A DNA stretch of 64,000 bases from the human T2T-CHM13v2.0 reference genome, Homo sapiens: NCBI RefSeq assembly GCF_009914755.1, contig NC_060934.1. One strand, 5' to 3'. Shown in pieces: positions 11,001-26,000 of this stretch (positions within the stretch are counted from its first letter, which is position 1; each line of letters starts with the position of its first letter). A program made the translations under genes and the position numbers. The notes below the pieces were generated by a model. It made no database searches, was not told the origin of the DNA, and saw only the letters and a program-made list of their open reading frames with translations.

Positions 11001-14000
11001 GTCACAGAGTTGAACCTTCCTTTAGACAGAGCAGTTTTGAAAAATTCTTTCTGTGTAATTTGCAAGTGGAGATTTCAAGCGATTTGAGGCTAATCTTTGA
11101 AATGGAAATATCTTCGTGTAAAAACTACACAGAATCATTCTCAGAAACTGCTTTGTCATCTGTGCGTTCAGTTCACAGAGTTTCACCTTTCTCTTCATAG
11201 AGCAGTTTGGAAAGACTCTGTCTGTAAAGTCTGCAAGTGATTAGTTAGACCCCTTTGAGGCCTTCGTTGGAAGCGGGATTTCTCATTTACTGCTAGACAG
11301 AAGAATTCTCAGTAAATCCTTTGTGTTGTGTGTATTCAACTCACAGAGTGGAACCTTCCTTTATTCAGAGCAGTTTTGAAACACTCTTTTTGTGGAATTT
11401 GCAAGTGGAGATTTCAAGCGATTTGACGCCAATCTTAGACATGGAAATATCTTCATATTAAAAGTACACAGAGTCATTCGTAGAAACTAGTTTGTGATGT
11501 GTGCCTTCAACTCACAGAGTTTAACCTTTCTTTTCATAGAGCAGTTGGGAAACACTCTATTTGTAAAGTCTGCAAGTGGATATTTGGACCTCTTTGAGGC
11601 CTTCGTTGGAAACGGGATTTCTTCATATAACGCTAGACAGAAGAATTCTCAGTAACTTCTTTGTGTTGTGTGTATTCAACTCACAGAGTTGAACCTTTCT
11701 TTAGAGGGAGCAGAGGTGAAACACTCTTTTTGTGGAATTTGCTAGTGTAGATTTCAAACGCTTCGAAGACAGTGATAGAAAAGGATATATCTTCGTATTA
11801 AAAGTAGACAAAATCATTCTCAGAAAACTCTTTGTGATGTGTGTGTTCAACTCACAGAGTTTAACCTTTCTTTAATCGAGCAGTTTGGAAATTCACTCTT
11901 TGTAAGTCTGCAGGTGGATATTTGGCCCTCTTTGAGCCCTTCGTTGGAAACGGGATTTCCTCATATAATGCTAGACAGAAGAATTCTCAGTAACTTCTTT
12001 GTGTTGTTTGTATTCAACACACAGATTTGAACCTTCCTTTAGAGAGAGCAGATTTGAAACACTCTGTTTTTGGAATTTGCAAGTGCAGATTTCAAGCGCT
12101 TCTAGGCCTATGGCAGAAAAGGAAATATCTTCGTATAAAAACTACACAGAATCATTCTCAACAACTACTTTGTGATGTGTGCGTTCAACTCACAGAGTTT
12201 AACCTTTCTTTTCATAGAGCAGTTTGGAAACACTCTGTTTGTAAAGCCTGCAAGTGCTTTTTTGGACTTCATTGAGGCCTTCGTTGGAAACGGGATTTCT
12301 TCATATAATGCTAGACAGAAGAATTCTCAGTCACTTCTTTGTGTTGTGTGTATTCAAGTCACAGAGTTGAACCTTCCTTTAGACAGAGCAGTTTTGAAAA
12401 ATTCTTTCTGTGGAGTTTGCAAGTGGAGATTTCAAGCGATTTGAGGCTAATCTTTGAAATGGAAATATCTTCGTGTAAAAACTACACAGAATCATTCTCA
12501 GAAACTGCTTTGTCATCTGTGCGTTCAGTTCACAGAGTTTCACCTTTCTCTTCATAGAGCAGTTTGGAAAGACTCTGTCTGTAAAGTCTGCAAGTGATTA
12601 GTTAGACCCCTTTGAGGCCTTCGTTGGAAGCGGGATTTCTCATTTACTGCTAGACAGAAGAATTCTCAGTAAATCCTTTGTGTTGTGTGTATTCAACTCA
12701 CAGAGTGGAACCTTCCTTTATTCAGAGCAGTTTTGAAAAACACTTTTTGTGGAATTTGCAAGTGGAGATTTCAAGCGATTTGACGCCAATCTTAGACATG
12801 GAAATATCTTCATATTAAAAGTACACAGAGTCATTCGTAGAAACTAGTTTGTGATGTGTGCCTTCAACTCACAGAGTTTAACCTTTCTTTTCATAGAGCA
12901 GTTTGGAAACACTCTATTTGTAAAGTCTGCAAGTGGATATTTGGACCTCTTTGAGGCCTTCGTTGGAAACGGGATTTCTTCATACAACGCTAGACAGAAG
13001 AATTCTCAGTAACTTCTTTGTGTTGTGTGTATTCAACTCACAGAGTTGAACCTTTCTTTAGAGAGAGCAGAGTTGAAACACTCTGTTTTTGGAATTTGCA
13101 ACTGCAGATTTCAAGCGATTCTAGGCCTATGGCAGAAAAGGAAATATCTTCGTATAAAAACTACACAGAATCATTCTCAACAACTACTTTGTGATGTGTG
13201 CGTTCAACTCACAGAGTTTAACCTTTCTTTTCATAGAGCAGTTTGGAAACACTCTGTTTGTAAAGCCTGCAAGTGCTTTTTTGGACTTCATTGAGGCCTT
13301 CGTTGGAAACGGGATTTCTTCATATAATGCTAGACAGAAGAATTCTCAGTCACTTCTTTGTGTTGTGTGTATTCAAGTCACAGAGTTGAACCTTCCTTTA
13401 GACAGAGCAGTTTTGAAAAATTCTTTCTGTGGAGTTTGCAAGTGGAGATTTCAAGCGATTTGAGGCTAATCTTTGAAATGGAAATATCTTCGTGTAAAAA
13501 CTACACAGAATCATTCTCAGAAACTGCTTTGTCATCTGTGCGTTCAGTTCACAGAGTTTCACCTTTCTCTTCATAGAGCAGTTTGGAAAGACTCTGTCTG
13601 TAAAGTCTGCAAGTGATTAGTTAGACCCCTTTGAGGCCTTCGTTGGAAGCGGGATTTCTCATTTACTGCTAGACAGAAGAATTCTCAGTAAATCCTTTGT
13701 GTTGTGTGTATTCAACTCACAGAGTGGAACCTTCCTTTATTCAGAGCAGTTTTGAAAAACACTTTTTGTGGAATTTGCAAGTGGAGATTTCAAGCGATTT
13801 GACGCCAATCTTAGACATGGAAATATCTTCATATTAAAAGTACACAGAGTCATTCGTAGAAACTAGTTTGTGATGTGTGCCTTCAACTCACAGAGTTTAA
13901 CCTTTCTTTTCATAGAGCAGTTTGGAAACACTCTATTTGTAAAGTCTGCAAGTGGATATTTGGACCTCTTTGAGGCCTTCGTTGGAAACGGGATTTCTTC

Positions 14001-17000
14001 ATACAACGCTAGACAGAAGAATTCTCAGTAACTTCTTTGTGTTGTGTGTATTCAACTCACAGAGTTGAACCTTTCTTTAGAGAGAGCAGAGTTGAAACAC
14101 TCTGTTTTTGGAATTTGCAACTGCAGATTTCAAGCGATTCTAGGCCTATGGCAGAAAAGGAAATATCTTCGTATAAAAACTACACAGAATCATTCTCAAC
14201 AACTACTTTGTGATGTGTGCGTTCAACTCACAGAGTTTAACCTTTCTTTTCATAGAGCAGTTTGGAAACACTCTGTTTGTAAAGCCTGCAAGTGCTTTTT
14301 TGGACTTCATTGAGGCCTTCGTTGGAAACGGGATTTCTTCATATAATGCTAGACAGAAGAATTCTCAGTCACTTCTTTGTGTTGTGTGTATTCAAGTCAC
14401 AGAGTTGAACCTTCCTTTAGACAGAGCAGTTTTGAAAAATTCTTTCTGTGTAATTTGCAAGTGGAGATTTCAAGCGATTTGAGGCTAATCTTTGAAATGG
14501 AAATATCTTCGTGTAAAAACTACACAGAATCATTCTCAGAAACTGCTTTGTCATCTGTGCGTTCAGTTCACAGAGTTTCACCTTTCTCTTCATAGAGCAG
14601 TTTGGAAAGACTCTGTCTGTAAAGTCTGCAAGTGATTAGTTAGACCCCTTTGAGGCCTTCGTTGGAAGCGGGATTTCTCATTTACTGCTAGACAGAAGAA
14701 TTCTCAGTAAATCCTTTGTGTTGTGTGTATTCAACTCACAGAGTGGAACCTTCCTTTATTCAGAGCACTTTTGAAACACTCTTTTTGTGGAATTTGCAAG
14801 TGGAGATTTCAAGCGATTTGACGCCAATCTTAGACATGGAAATGTCTTCATATTAAAAGTACACAGAGTCATTCGTAGAAACTAGTTTGTGATGTGTGCC
14901 TTCAACTCACAGAGTTTAACCTTTCTTTTCATAGAGCAGTTGGGAAACACTCTATTTGTAAAGTCTGCAAGTGGATATTTGGACCTCTTTGAGGCCTTCG
15001 TTGGAAACGGGATTTCTTCATATAACGCTAGACAGAAGAATTCTCAGTAACTTCTTTGTGTTGTGTGTATTCAACTCACAGAGTTGAACCTTTCTTTAGA
15101 GGGAGCAGAGGTGAAACACTCTTTTTGTGGAATTTGCTAGTGTAGATTTCAAACGCTTCGAAGACAGTGATAGAAAAGGATATATCTTCGTATTAAAAGT
15201 AGACAAAATCATTCTCAGAAAACTCTTTGTGATGTGTGTGTTCAACTCACAGAGTTTAACCTTTCTTTAATCGAGCAGTTTGGAAATACACTCTTTGTAA
15301 GTCTGCAGGTGGATATTTGGCCCTCTTTGAGCCCTTCGTAGGAAACGGGATTTCCTCATATAATGCTAGACAGAAGAATTCTCAGTAACTTCTTTGTGTT
15401 GTTTGTATTCAACACACAGATTTGAACCTTCCTTTAGAGAGAGCAGATTTGAAACACTCTGTTTTTGGAATTTGCAAGTGCAGATTTCAAGCGCTTCTAG
15501 GCCTATGGCAGAAAAGGAAATATCTTCGTATAAAAACTACACAGAATCATTCTCAACAACTACTTTGTGATGTGTGCGTTCAACTCACAGAGTTTAACCT
15601 TTCTTTTCATAGAGCAGTTTGGAAACACTCTGTTTGTAAAGCCTGCAAGTGCTTTTTTGGACTTCATTGAGGCCTTCGTTGGAAACGGGATTTCTTCATA
15701 TAATGCTAGACAGAAGAATTCTCAGTCACTTCTTTGTGTTGTGTGTATTCAAGTCACAGAGTTGAGCCTTCCTTTAGACAGAGCAGTTTTGAAAAATTCT
15801 TTCTGTGGAGTTTGCAAGTGGAGATTTCAAGCGATTTGAGGCTAATCTTTGAAATGGAAATATCTTCGTGTAAAAACTACACAGAATCATTCTCAGAAAC
15901 TGCTTTGTCATCTGTGCGTTCAGTTCACAGAGTTTCACCTTTCTCTTCATAGAGCAGTTTGGAAAGACTCTGTCTGTAAAGTCTGCAAGTGATTAGTTAG
16001 ACCCCTTTGAGGCCTTCGTTGGAAGCGGGATTTCTCATTTACTGCTAGACAGAAGAATTCTCAGTAAATCCTTTGTGTTGTGTGTATTCAACTCACAGAG
16101 TGGAACCTTCCTTTATTCAGAGCAGTTTTGAAAAACACTTTTTGTGGAATTTGCAAGTGGAGATTTCAAGCGATTTGACGCCAATCTTAGACATGGAAAT
16201 ATCTTCATATTAAAAGTACACAGAGTCATTCGTAGAAACTAGTTTGTGATGTGTGCCTTCAACTCACAGAGTTTAACCTTTCTTTTCATAGAGCAGTTTG
16301 GAAACACTCTATTTGTAAAGTCTGCAAGTGGATATTTGGACCTCTTTGAGGCCTTCGTTGGAAACGGGATTTCTTCATACAACGCTAGACAGAAGAATTC
16401 TCAGTAACTTCTTTGTGTTGTGTGTATTCAACTCACAGAGTTGAACCTTTCTTTAGAGAGAGCAGAGTTGAAACACTCTGTTTTTGGAATTTGCAACTGC
16501 AGATTTCAAGCGATTCTAGGCCTATGGCAGAAAAGGAAATATCTTCGTATAAAAACTACACAGAATCATTCTCAACAACTACTTTGTGATGTGTGCGTTC
16601 AACTCACAGAGTTTAACCTTTCTTTTCATAGAGCAGTTTGGAAACACTCTGTTTGTAAAGCCTGCAAGTGCTTTTTTGGACTTCATTGAGGCCTTCGTTG
16701 GAAACGGGATTTCTTCATATAATGCTAGACAGAAGAATTCTCAGTCACTTCTTTGTGTTGTGTGTATTCAAGTCACAGAGTTGAACCTTCCTTTAGACAG
16801 AGCAGTATTGAAAAATTCTTTCTGTGGAGTTTGCAAGTGGAGATTTCAAGCGATTTGAGGCTAATCTTTGAAATGGAAATATCTTCGTGTAAAAACTACA
16901 CAGAATCATTCTCAGAAACTGCTTTGTCATCTGTGCGTTCAGTTCACAGAGTTTCACCTTTCTCTTCATAGAGCAGTTTGGAAAGACTCTGTCTGTAAAG

Positions 17001-20000
17001 TCTGCAAGTGATTAGTTAGACCCCTTTGAGGCCTTCGTTGGAAGCGGGATTTCTCATTTACTGCTAGACAGAAGAATTCTCAGTAAATCCTTTGTGTTGT
17101 GTGTATTCAACTCACAGAGTGGAACCTTCCTTTATTCAGAGCAGTTTTGAAAAACACTTTTTGTGGAATTTGCAAGTGGAGATTTCAAGCGATTTGACGC
17201 CAATCTTAGACATGGAAATATCTTCATATTAAAAGTACACAGAGTCATTCGTAGAAACTAGTTTGTGATGTGTGCCTTCAACTCACAGAGTTTAACCTTT
17301 CTTTTCATAGAGCAGTTTGGAAACACTCTATTTGTAAAGTCTGCAAGTGGATATTTGGACCTCTTTGAGGCCTTCGTTGGAAACGGGATTTCTTCATACA
17401 ACGCTAGACAGAAGAATTCTCAGTAACTTCTTTGTGTTGTGTGTATTCAACTCACAGAGTTGAACCTTTCTTTAGAGAGAGCAGAGTTGAAACACTCTGT
17501 TTTTGGAATTTGCAACTGCAGATTTCAAGCGATTCTAGGCCTATGGCAGAAAAGGAAATATCTTCGTATAAAAACTACACAGAATCATTCTCAACAACTA
17601 CTTTGTGATGTGTGCGTTCAACTCACAGAGTTTAACCTTTCTTTTCATAGAGCAGTTTGGAAACACTCTGTTTGTAAAGCCTGCAAGTGCTTTTTTGGAC
17701 TTCATTGAGGCCTTCGTTGGAAACGGGATTTCTTCATATAATGCTAGACAGAAGAATTCTCAGTCACTTCTTTGTGTTGTGTGTATTCAAGTCACAGAGT
17801 TGAACCTTCCTTTAGACAGAGCAGTTTTGAAAAATTCTTTCTGTGTAATTTGCAAGTGGAGATTTCAAGCGATTTGAGGCTAATCTTTGAAATGGAAATA
17901 TCTTCGTGTAAAAACTACACAGAATCATTCTCAGAAACTGCTTTGTCATCTGTGCGTTCAGTTCACAGAGTTTCACCTTTCTCTTCATAGAGCAGTTTGG
18001 AAAGACTCTGTCTGTAAAGTCTGCAAGTGATTAGTTAGACCCCTTTGAGGCCTTCGTTGGAAGCGGGATTTCTCATTTACTGCTAGACAGAAGAATTCTC
18101 AGTAAATCCTTTGTGTTGTGTGTATTCAACTCACAGAGTGGAACCTTCCTTTATTCAGAGCAGTTTTGAAAAACACTTTTTGTGGAATTTGCAAGTGGAG
18201 ATTTCAAGCGATTTGACGCCAATCTTAGACATGGAAATATCTTCATATTAAAAGTACACAGAGTCATTCGTAGAAACTAGTTTGTGATGTGTGCCTTCAA
18301 CTCACAGAGTTTAACCTTTCTTTTCATAGAGCAGTTTGGAAACACTCTATTTGTAAAGTCTGCAAGTGGATATTTGGACCTCTTTGAGGCCTTCGTTGGA
18401 AACGGGATTTCTTCATACAACGCTAGACAGAAGAATTCTCAGTAACTTCTTTGTGTTGTGTGTATTCAACTCACAGAGTTGAACCTTTCTTTAGAGAGAG
18501 CAGAGTTGAAACACTCTGTTTTTGGAATTTGCAACTGCAGATTTCAAGCGATTCTAGGCCTATGGCAGAAAAGGAAATATCTTCGTATAAAAACTACACA
18601 GAATCATTCTCAACAACTACTTTGTGATGTGTGCGTTCAACTCACAGAGTTTAACCTTTCTTTTCATAGAGCAGTTTGGAAACACTCTGTTTGTAAAGCC
18701 TGCAAGTGCTTTTTTGGACTTCATTGAGGCCTTCGTTGGAAACGGGATTTCTTCATATAATGCTAGACAGAAGAATTCTCAGTCACTTCTTTGTGTTGTG
18801 TGTATTCAAGTCACAGAGTTGAACCTTCCTTTAGACAGAGCAGTTTTGAAAAATTCTTTCTGTGTAATTTGCAAGTGGAGATTTCAAGCGATTTGAGGCT
18901 AATCTTTGAAATGGAAATATCTTCGTGTAAAAACTACACAGAATCATTCTCAGAAACTGCTTTGTCATCTGTGCGTTCAGTTCACAGAGTTTCACCTTTC
19001 TCTTCATAGAGCAGTTTGGAAAGACTCTGTCTGTAAAGTCTGCAAGTGATTAGTTAGACCCCTTTGAGGCCTTCGTTGGAAGCGGGATTTCTCATTTACT
19101 GCTAGACAGAAGAATTCTCAGTAAATCCTTTGTGTTGTGTGTATTCAACTCACAGAGTGGAACCTTCCTTTATTCAGAGCAGTTTTGAAAAACACTTTTT
19201 GTGGAATTTGCAAGTGGAGATTTCAAGCGATTTGACGCCAATCTTAGACATGGAAATATCTTCATATTAAAAGTACACAGAGTCATTCGTAGAAACTAGT
19301 TTGTGATGTGTGCCTTCAACTCACAGAGTTTAACCTTTCTTTTCATAGAGCAGTTTGGAAACACTCTATTTGTAAAGTCTGCAAGTGGATATTTGGACCT
19401 CTTTGAGGCCTTCGTTGGAAACGGGATTTCTTCATACAACGCTAGACAGAAGAATTCTCAGTAACTTCTTTGTGTTGTGTGTATTCAACTCACAGAGTTG
19501 AACCTTTCTTTAGAGAGAGCAGAGTTGAAACACTCTGTTTTTGGAATTTGCAACTGCAGATTTCAAGCGATTCTAGGCCTATGGCAGAAAAGGAAATATC
19601 TTCGTATAAAAACTACACAGAATCATTCTCAACAACTACTTTGTGATGTGTGCGTTCAACTCACAGAGTTTAACCTTTCTTTTCATAGAGCAGTTTGGAA
19701 ACACTCTGTTTGTAAAGCCTGCAAGTGCTTTTTTGGACTTCATTGAGGCCTTCGTTGGAAACGGGATTTCTTCATATAATGCTAGACAGAAGAATTCTCA
19801 GTCACTTCTTTGTGTTGTGTGTATTCAAGTCACAGAGTTGAACCTTCCTTTAGACAGAGCAGTTTTGAAAAATTCTTTCTGTGTATTTTGCAAGTGGAGA
19901 TTTCAAGCGATTTGAGGCTAATCTTTGAAATGGAAATATCTTCGTGTAAAAACTACACAGAATCATTCTCAGAAACTGCTTTGTCATCTGTGCGTTCAGT

Positions 20001-23000
20001 TCACAGAGTTTCACCTTTCTCTTCATAGAGCAGTTTGGAAAGACTCTGTCTGTAAAGTCTGCAAGTGATTAGTTAGACCCCTTTGAGGCCTTCGTTGGAA
20101 GCGGGATTTCTCATTTACTGCTAGACAGAAGAATTCTCAGTAAATCCTTTGTGTTGTGTGTATTCAACTCACAGAGTGGAACCTTCCTTTATTCAGAGCA
20201 CTTTTGAAACACTCTTTTTGTGGAATTTGCAAGTGGAGATTTCAAGCGATTTGACGCCAATCTTAGACATGGAAATGTCTTCATATTAAAAGTACACAGA
20301 GTCATTCGTAGAAACTAGTTTGTGATGTGTGCCTTCAACTCACAGAGTTTAACCTTTCTTTTCATAGAGCAGTTGGGAAACACTCTATTTGTAAAGTCTG
20401 CAAGTGGATATTTGGACCTCTTTGAGGCCTTCGTTGGAAACGGGATTTCTTCATATAACGCTAGACAGAAGAATTCTCAGTAACTTCTTTGTGTTGTGTG
20501 TATTCAACTCACAGAGTTGAACCTTTCTTTAGAGGGAGCAGAGGTGAAACACTCTTTTTGTGGAATTTGCTAGTGTAGATTTCAAACGCTTCGAAGACAG
20601 TGATAGAAAAGGATATATCTTCGTATTAAAAGTAGACAAAATCATTCTCAGAAAACTCTTTGTGATGTGTGTGTTCAACTCACAGAGTTTAACCTTTCTT
20701 TAATCGAGCAGTTTGGAAATACACTCTTTGTAAGTCTGCAGGTGGATATTTGGCCCTCTTTGAGCCCTTCGTAGGAAACGGGATTTCCTCATATAATGCT
20801 AGACAGAAGAATTCTCAGTAACTTCTTTGTGTTGTTTGTATTCAACACACAGATTTGAACCTTCCTTTAGAGAGAGCAGATTTGAAACACTCTGTTTTTG
20901 GAATTTGCAAGTGCAGATTTCAAGCGCTTCTAGGCCTATGGCAGAAAAGGAAATATCTTCGTATAAAAACTACACAGAATCATTCTCAACAACTACTTTG
21001 TGATGTGTGCGTTCAACTCACAGAGTTTAACCTTTCTTTTCATAGAGCAGTTTGGAAACACTCTGTTTGTAAAGCCTGCAAGTGCTTTTTTGGACTTCAT
21101 TGAGGCCTTCGTTGGAAACGGGATTTCTTCATATAATGCTAGACAGAAGAATTCTCAGTCACTTCTTTGTGTTGTGTGTATTCAAGTCACAGAGTTGAGC
21201 CTTCCTTTAGACAGAGCAGTTTTGAAAAATTCTTTCTGTGGAGTTTGCAAGTGGAGATTTCAAGCGATTTGAGGCTAATCTTTGAAATGGAAATATCTTC
21301 GTGTAAAAACTACACAGAATCATTCTCAGAAACTGCTTTGTCATCTGTGCGTTCAGTTCACAGAGTTTCACCTTTCTCTTCATAGAGCAGTTTGGAAAGA
21401 CTCTGTCTGTAAAGTCTGCAAGTGATTAGTTAGACCCCTTTGAGGCCTTCGTTGGAAGCGGGATTTCTCATTTACTGCTAGACAGAAGAATTCTCAGTAA
21501 ATCCTTTGTGTTGTGTGTATTCAACACACAGAGTGGAACCTTCCTTTATTCAGAGCAGTTTTGAAAAACACTTTTTGTGGAATTTGCAAGTGGAGATTTC
21601 AAGCGATTTGACGCCAATCTTAGACATGGAAATATCTTCATATTAAAAGTACACAGAGTCATTCGTAGAAACTAGTTTGTGATGTGTGCCTTCAACTCAC
21701 AGAGTTTAACCTTTCTTTTCATAGAGCAGTTTGGAAACACTCTATTTGTAAAGTCTGCAAGTGGATATTTGGACCTCTTTGAGGCCTTCGTTGGAAACGG
21801 GATTTCTTCATACAACGCTAGACAGAAGAATTCTCAGTAACTTCTTTGTGTTGTGTGTATTCAACTCACAGAGTTGAACCTTTCTTTAGAGAGAGCAGAG
21901 TTGAAACACTCTGTTTTTGGAATTTGCAAGTGCAGATTTCAAGCGATTCTAGGCCTATGGCAGAAAAGGAAATATCTTCGTATAAAAACTACACAGAATC
22001 ATTCTCAACAACTACTTTGTGATGTGTGCGTTCAACTCACAGAGTTTAACCTTTCTTTTCATAGAGCAGTTTGGAAACACTGTGTTTGTAAAGCCTGCAA
22101 GTGCTTTTTTGGACTTCATTGAGGCCTTCGTTGGAAACGGGATTTCTTCATATAATGCTAGACAGAAGAATTCTCAGTCACTTCTTTGTGTTGTGTGTAT
22201 TCAAGTCACAGAGTTGAACCTTCCTTTAGACAGAGCAGTATTGAAAAATTCTTTCTGTGGAGTTTGCAAGTGGAGATTTCAAGCGATTTGAGGCTAATCT
22301 TTGAAATGGAAATATCTTCGTGTAAAAACTACACAGAATCATTCTCAGAAACTGCTTTGTCATCTGTGCGTTCAGTTCACAGAGTTTCACCTTTCTCTTC
22401 ATAGAGCAGTTTGGAAAGACTCTGTCTGTAAAGTCTGCAAGTGATTAGTTAGACCCCTTTGAGGCCTTCGTTGGAAGCGGGATTTCTCATTTACTGCTAG
22501 ACAGAAGAATTCTCAGTAAATCCTTTGTGTTGTGTGTATTCAACTCACAGAGTGGAACCTTCCTTTATTCAGAGCAGTTTTGAAAAACACTTTTTGTGGA
22601 ATTTGCAAGTGGAGATTTCAAGCGATTTGACGCCAATCTTAGACATGGAAATATCTTCATATTAAAAGTACACAGAGTCATTCGTAGAAACTAGTTTGTG
22701 ATGTGTGCCTTCAACTCACAGAGTTTAACCTTTCTTTTCATAGAGCAGTTTGGAAACACTCTATTTGTAAAGTCTGCAAGTGGATATTTGGACCTCTTTG
22801 AGGCCTTCGTTGGAAACGGGATTTCTTCATACAACGCTAGACAGAAGAATTCTCAGTAACTTCTTTGTGTTGTGTGTATTCAACTCACAGAGTTGAACCT
22901 TTCTTTAGAGAGAGCAGAGTTGAAACACTCTGTTTTTGGAATTTGCAACTGCAGATTTCAAGCGATTCTAGGCCTATGGCAGAAAAGGAAATATCTTCGT

Positions 23001-26000
23001 ATAAAAACTACACAGAATCATTCTCAACAACTACTTTGTGATGTGTGCGTTCAACTCACAGAGTTTAACCTTTCTTTTCATAGAGCAGTTTGGAAACACT
23101 CTGTTTGTAAAGCCTGCAAGTGCTTTTTTAGACTTCATTGAGGCCTTCGTTGGAAACGGGATTTCTTCATATAATGCTAGACAGAAGAATTCTCAGTCAC
23201 TTCTTTGTGTTGTGTGTATTCAAGTCACAGAGTTGAACCTTCCTTTAGACAGAGCAGTTTTGAAAAATTCTTTCTGTGTAATTTGCAAGTGGAGATTTCA
23301 AGCGATTTGAGGCTAATCTTTGAAATGGAAATATCTTCGTGTAAAAACTACACAGAATCATTCTCAGAAACTGCTTTGTCATCTGTGCGTTCAGTTCACA
23401 GAGTTTCACCTTTCTCTTCATAGAGCAGTTTGGAAAGACTCTGTCTGTAAAGTCTGCAAGTGATTAGTTAGACCCCTTTGAGGCCTTCGTTGGAAGCGGG
23501 ATTTCTCATTTACTGCTAGACAGAAGAATTCTCAGTAAATCCTTTGTGTTGTGTGTATTCAACTCACAGAGTGGAACCTTCCTTTATTCAGAGCACTTTT
23601 GAAACACTCTTTTTGTGGAATTTGCAAGTGGAGATTTCAAGCGATTTGACGCCAATCTTAGACATGGAAATGTCTTCATATTAAAAGTACACAGAGTCAT
23701 TCGTAGAAACTAGTTTGTGATGTGTGCCTTCAACTCACAGAGTTTAACCTTTCTTTTCATAGAGCAGTTGGGAAACACTCTATTTGTAAAGTCTGCAAGT
23801 GGATATTTGGACCTCTTTGAGACCTTCGTTGGAAACGGGATTTCTTCATATAACGCTAGACAGAAGAATTCTCAGTAACTTCTTTGTGTTGTGTGTATTC
23901 AACTCACAGAGTTGAACCTTTCTTTAGAGGGAGCAGAGGTGAAACACTCTTTTTGTGGAATTTGCTAGTGTAGATTTCAAACGCTTCGAAGACAGTGATA
24001 GAAAAGGATATATCTTCGTATTAAAAGTAGACAAAATCATTCTCAGAAAACTCTTTGTGATGTGTGTGTTCAACTCACAGAGTTTAACCTTTCTTTAATC
24101 GAGCAGTTTGGAAATACACTCTTTGTAAGTCTGCAGGTGGATATTTGGCCCTCTTTGAGCCCTTCGTAGGAAACGGGATTTCCTCATATAATGCTAGACA
24201 GAAGAATTCTCAGTAACTTCTTTGTGTTGTTTGTATTCAACACACAGATTTGAACCTTCCTTTAGAGAGAGCAGATTTGAAACACTCTGTTTTTGGAATT
24301 TGCAAGTGCAGATTTCAAGCGCTTCTAGGCCTATGGCAGAAAAGGAAATATCTTCGTATAAAAACTACACAGAATCATTCTCAACAACTACTTTGTGATG
24401 TGTGCGTTCAACTCACAGAGTTTAACCTTTCTTTTCATAGAGCAGTTTGGAAACACTCTGTTTGTAAAGCCTGCAAGTGCTTTTTTGGACTTCATTGAGG
24501 CCTTCGTTGGAAACGGGATTTCTTCATATAATGCTAGACAGAAGAATTCTCAGTCACTTCTTTGTGTTGTGTGTATTCAAGTCACAGAGTTGAACCTTCC
24601 TTTAGACAGAGCAGTTTTGAAAAATTCTTTCTGTGGAGTTTGCAAGTGGAGATTTCAAGCGATTTGAGGCTAATCTTTGAAATGGAAATATCTTCGTGTA
24701 AAAACTACACAGAATCATTCTCAGAAACTGCTTTGTCATCTGTGCGTTCAGTTCACAGAGTTTCACCTTTCTCTTCATAGAGCAGTTTGGAAAGACTCTG
24801 TCTGTAAAGTCTGCAAGTGATTAGTTAGACCCCTTTGAGGCCTTCGTTGGAAGCGGGATTTCTCATTTACTGCTAGACAGAAGAATTCTCAGTAAATCCT
24901 TTGTGTTGTGTGTATTCAACTCACAGAGTGGAACCTTCCTTTATTCAGAGCAGTTTTGAAAAACACTTTTTGTGGAATTTGCAAGTGGAGATTTCAAGCG
25001 ATTTGACGCCAATCTTAGACATGGAAATATCTTCATATTAAAAGTACACAGAGTCATTCGTAGAAACTAGTTTGTGATGTGTGCCTTCAACTCACAGAGT
25101 TTAACCTTTCTTTTCATAGAGCAGTTTGGAAACACTCTATTTGTAAAGTCTGCAAGTGGATATTTGGACCTCTTTGAGGCCTTCGTTGGAAACGGGATTT
25201 CTTCATACAACGCTAGACAGAAGAATTCTCAGTAACTTCTTTGTGTTGTGTGTATTCAACTCACAGAGTTGAACCTTTCTTTAGAGAGAGCAGAGTTGAA
25301 ACACTCTGTTTTTGGAATTTGCAACTGCAGATTTCAAGCGATTCTAGGCCTATGGCAGAAAAGGAAATATCTTCGTATAAAAAGTACACAGAATCATTCT
25401 CAACAACTACTTTGTGATGTGTGCGTTCAACTCACAGAGTTTAACCTTTCTTTTCATAGAGCAGTTTGGAAACACTCTGTTTGTAAAGCCTGCAAGTGCT
25501 TTTTTGGACTTCATTGAGGCCTTCGTTGGAAACGGGATTTCTTCATATAATGCTAGACAGAAGAATTCTCAGTCACTTCTTTGTGTTGTGTGTATTCAAG
25601 TCACAGAGTTGAACCTTCCTTTAGACAGAGCAGTTTTGAAAAATTCTTTCTGTGGAGTTTGCAAGTGGAGATTTCAAGCGATTTGAGGCTAATCTTTGAA
25701 ATGGAAATATCTTCGTGTAAAAACTACACAGAATCATTCTCAGAAACTGCTTTGTCATCTGTGCGTTCAGTTCACAGAGTTTCACCTTTCTCTTCATAGA
25801 GCAGTTTGGAAAGACTCTGTCTGTAAAGTCTGCAAGTGATTAGTTAGACCCCTTTGAGGCCTTCGTTGGAAGCGGGATTTCTCATTTACTGCTAGACAGA
25901 AGAATTCTCAGTAAATCCTTTGTGTTGTGTGTATTCAACTCACAGAGTGGAACCTTCCTTTATTCAGAGCAGTTTTGAAAAACACTTTTTGTGGAATTTG

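Noticed and set aside
15334-15350. TAG-variant box interpreted as a dead CENP-B box or a nonsense mutation
   Set aside because: The essential core TTCG/A/CGGG is intact, and the ORF it truncates is not a gene.
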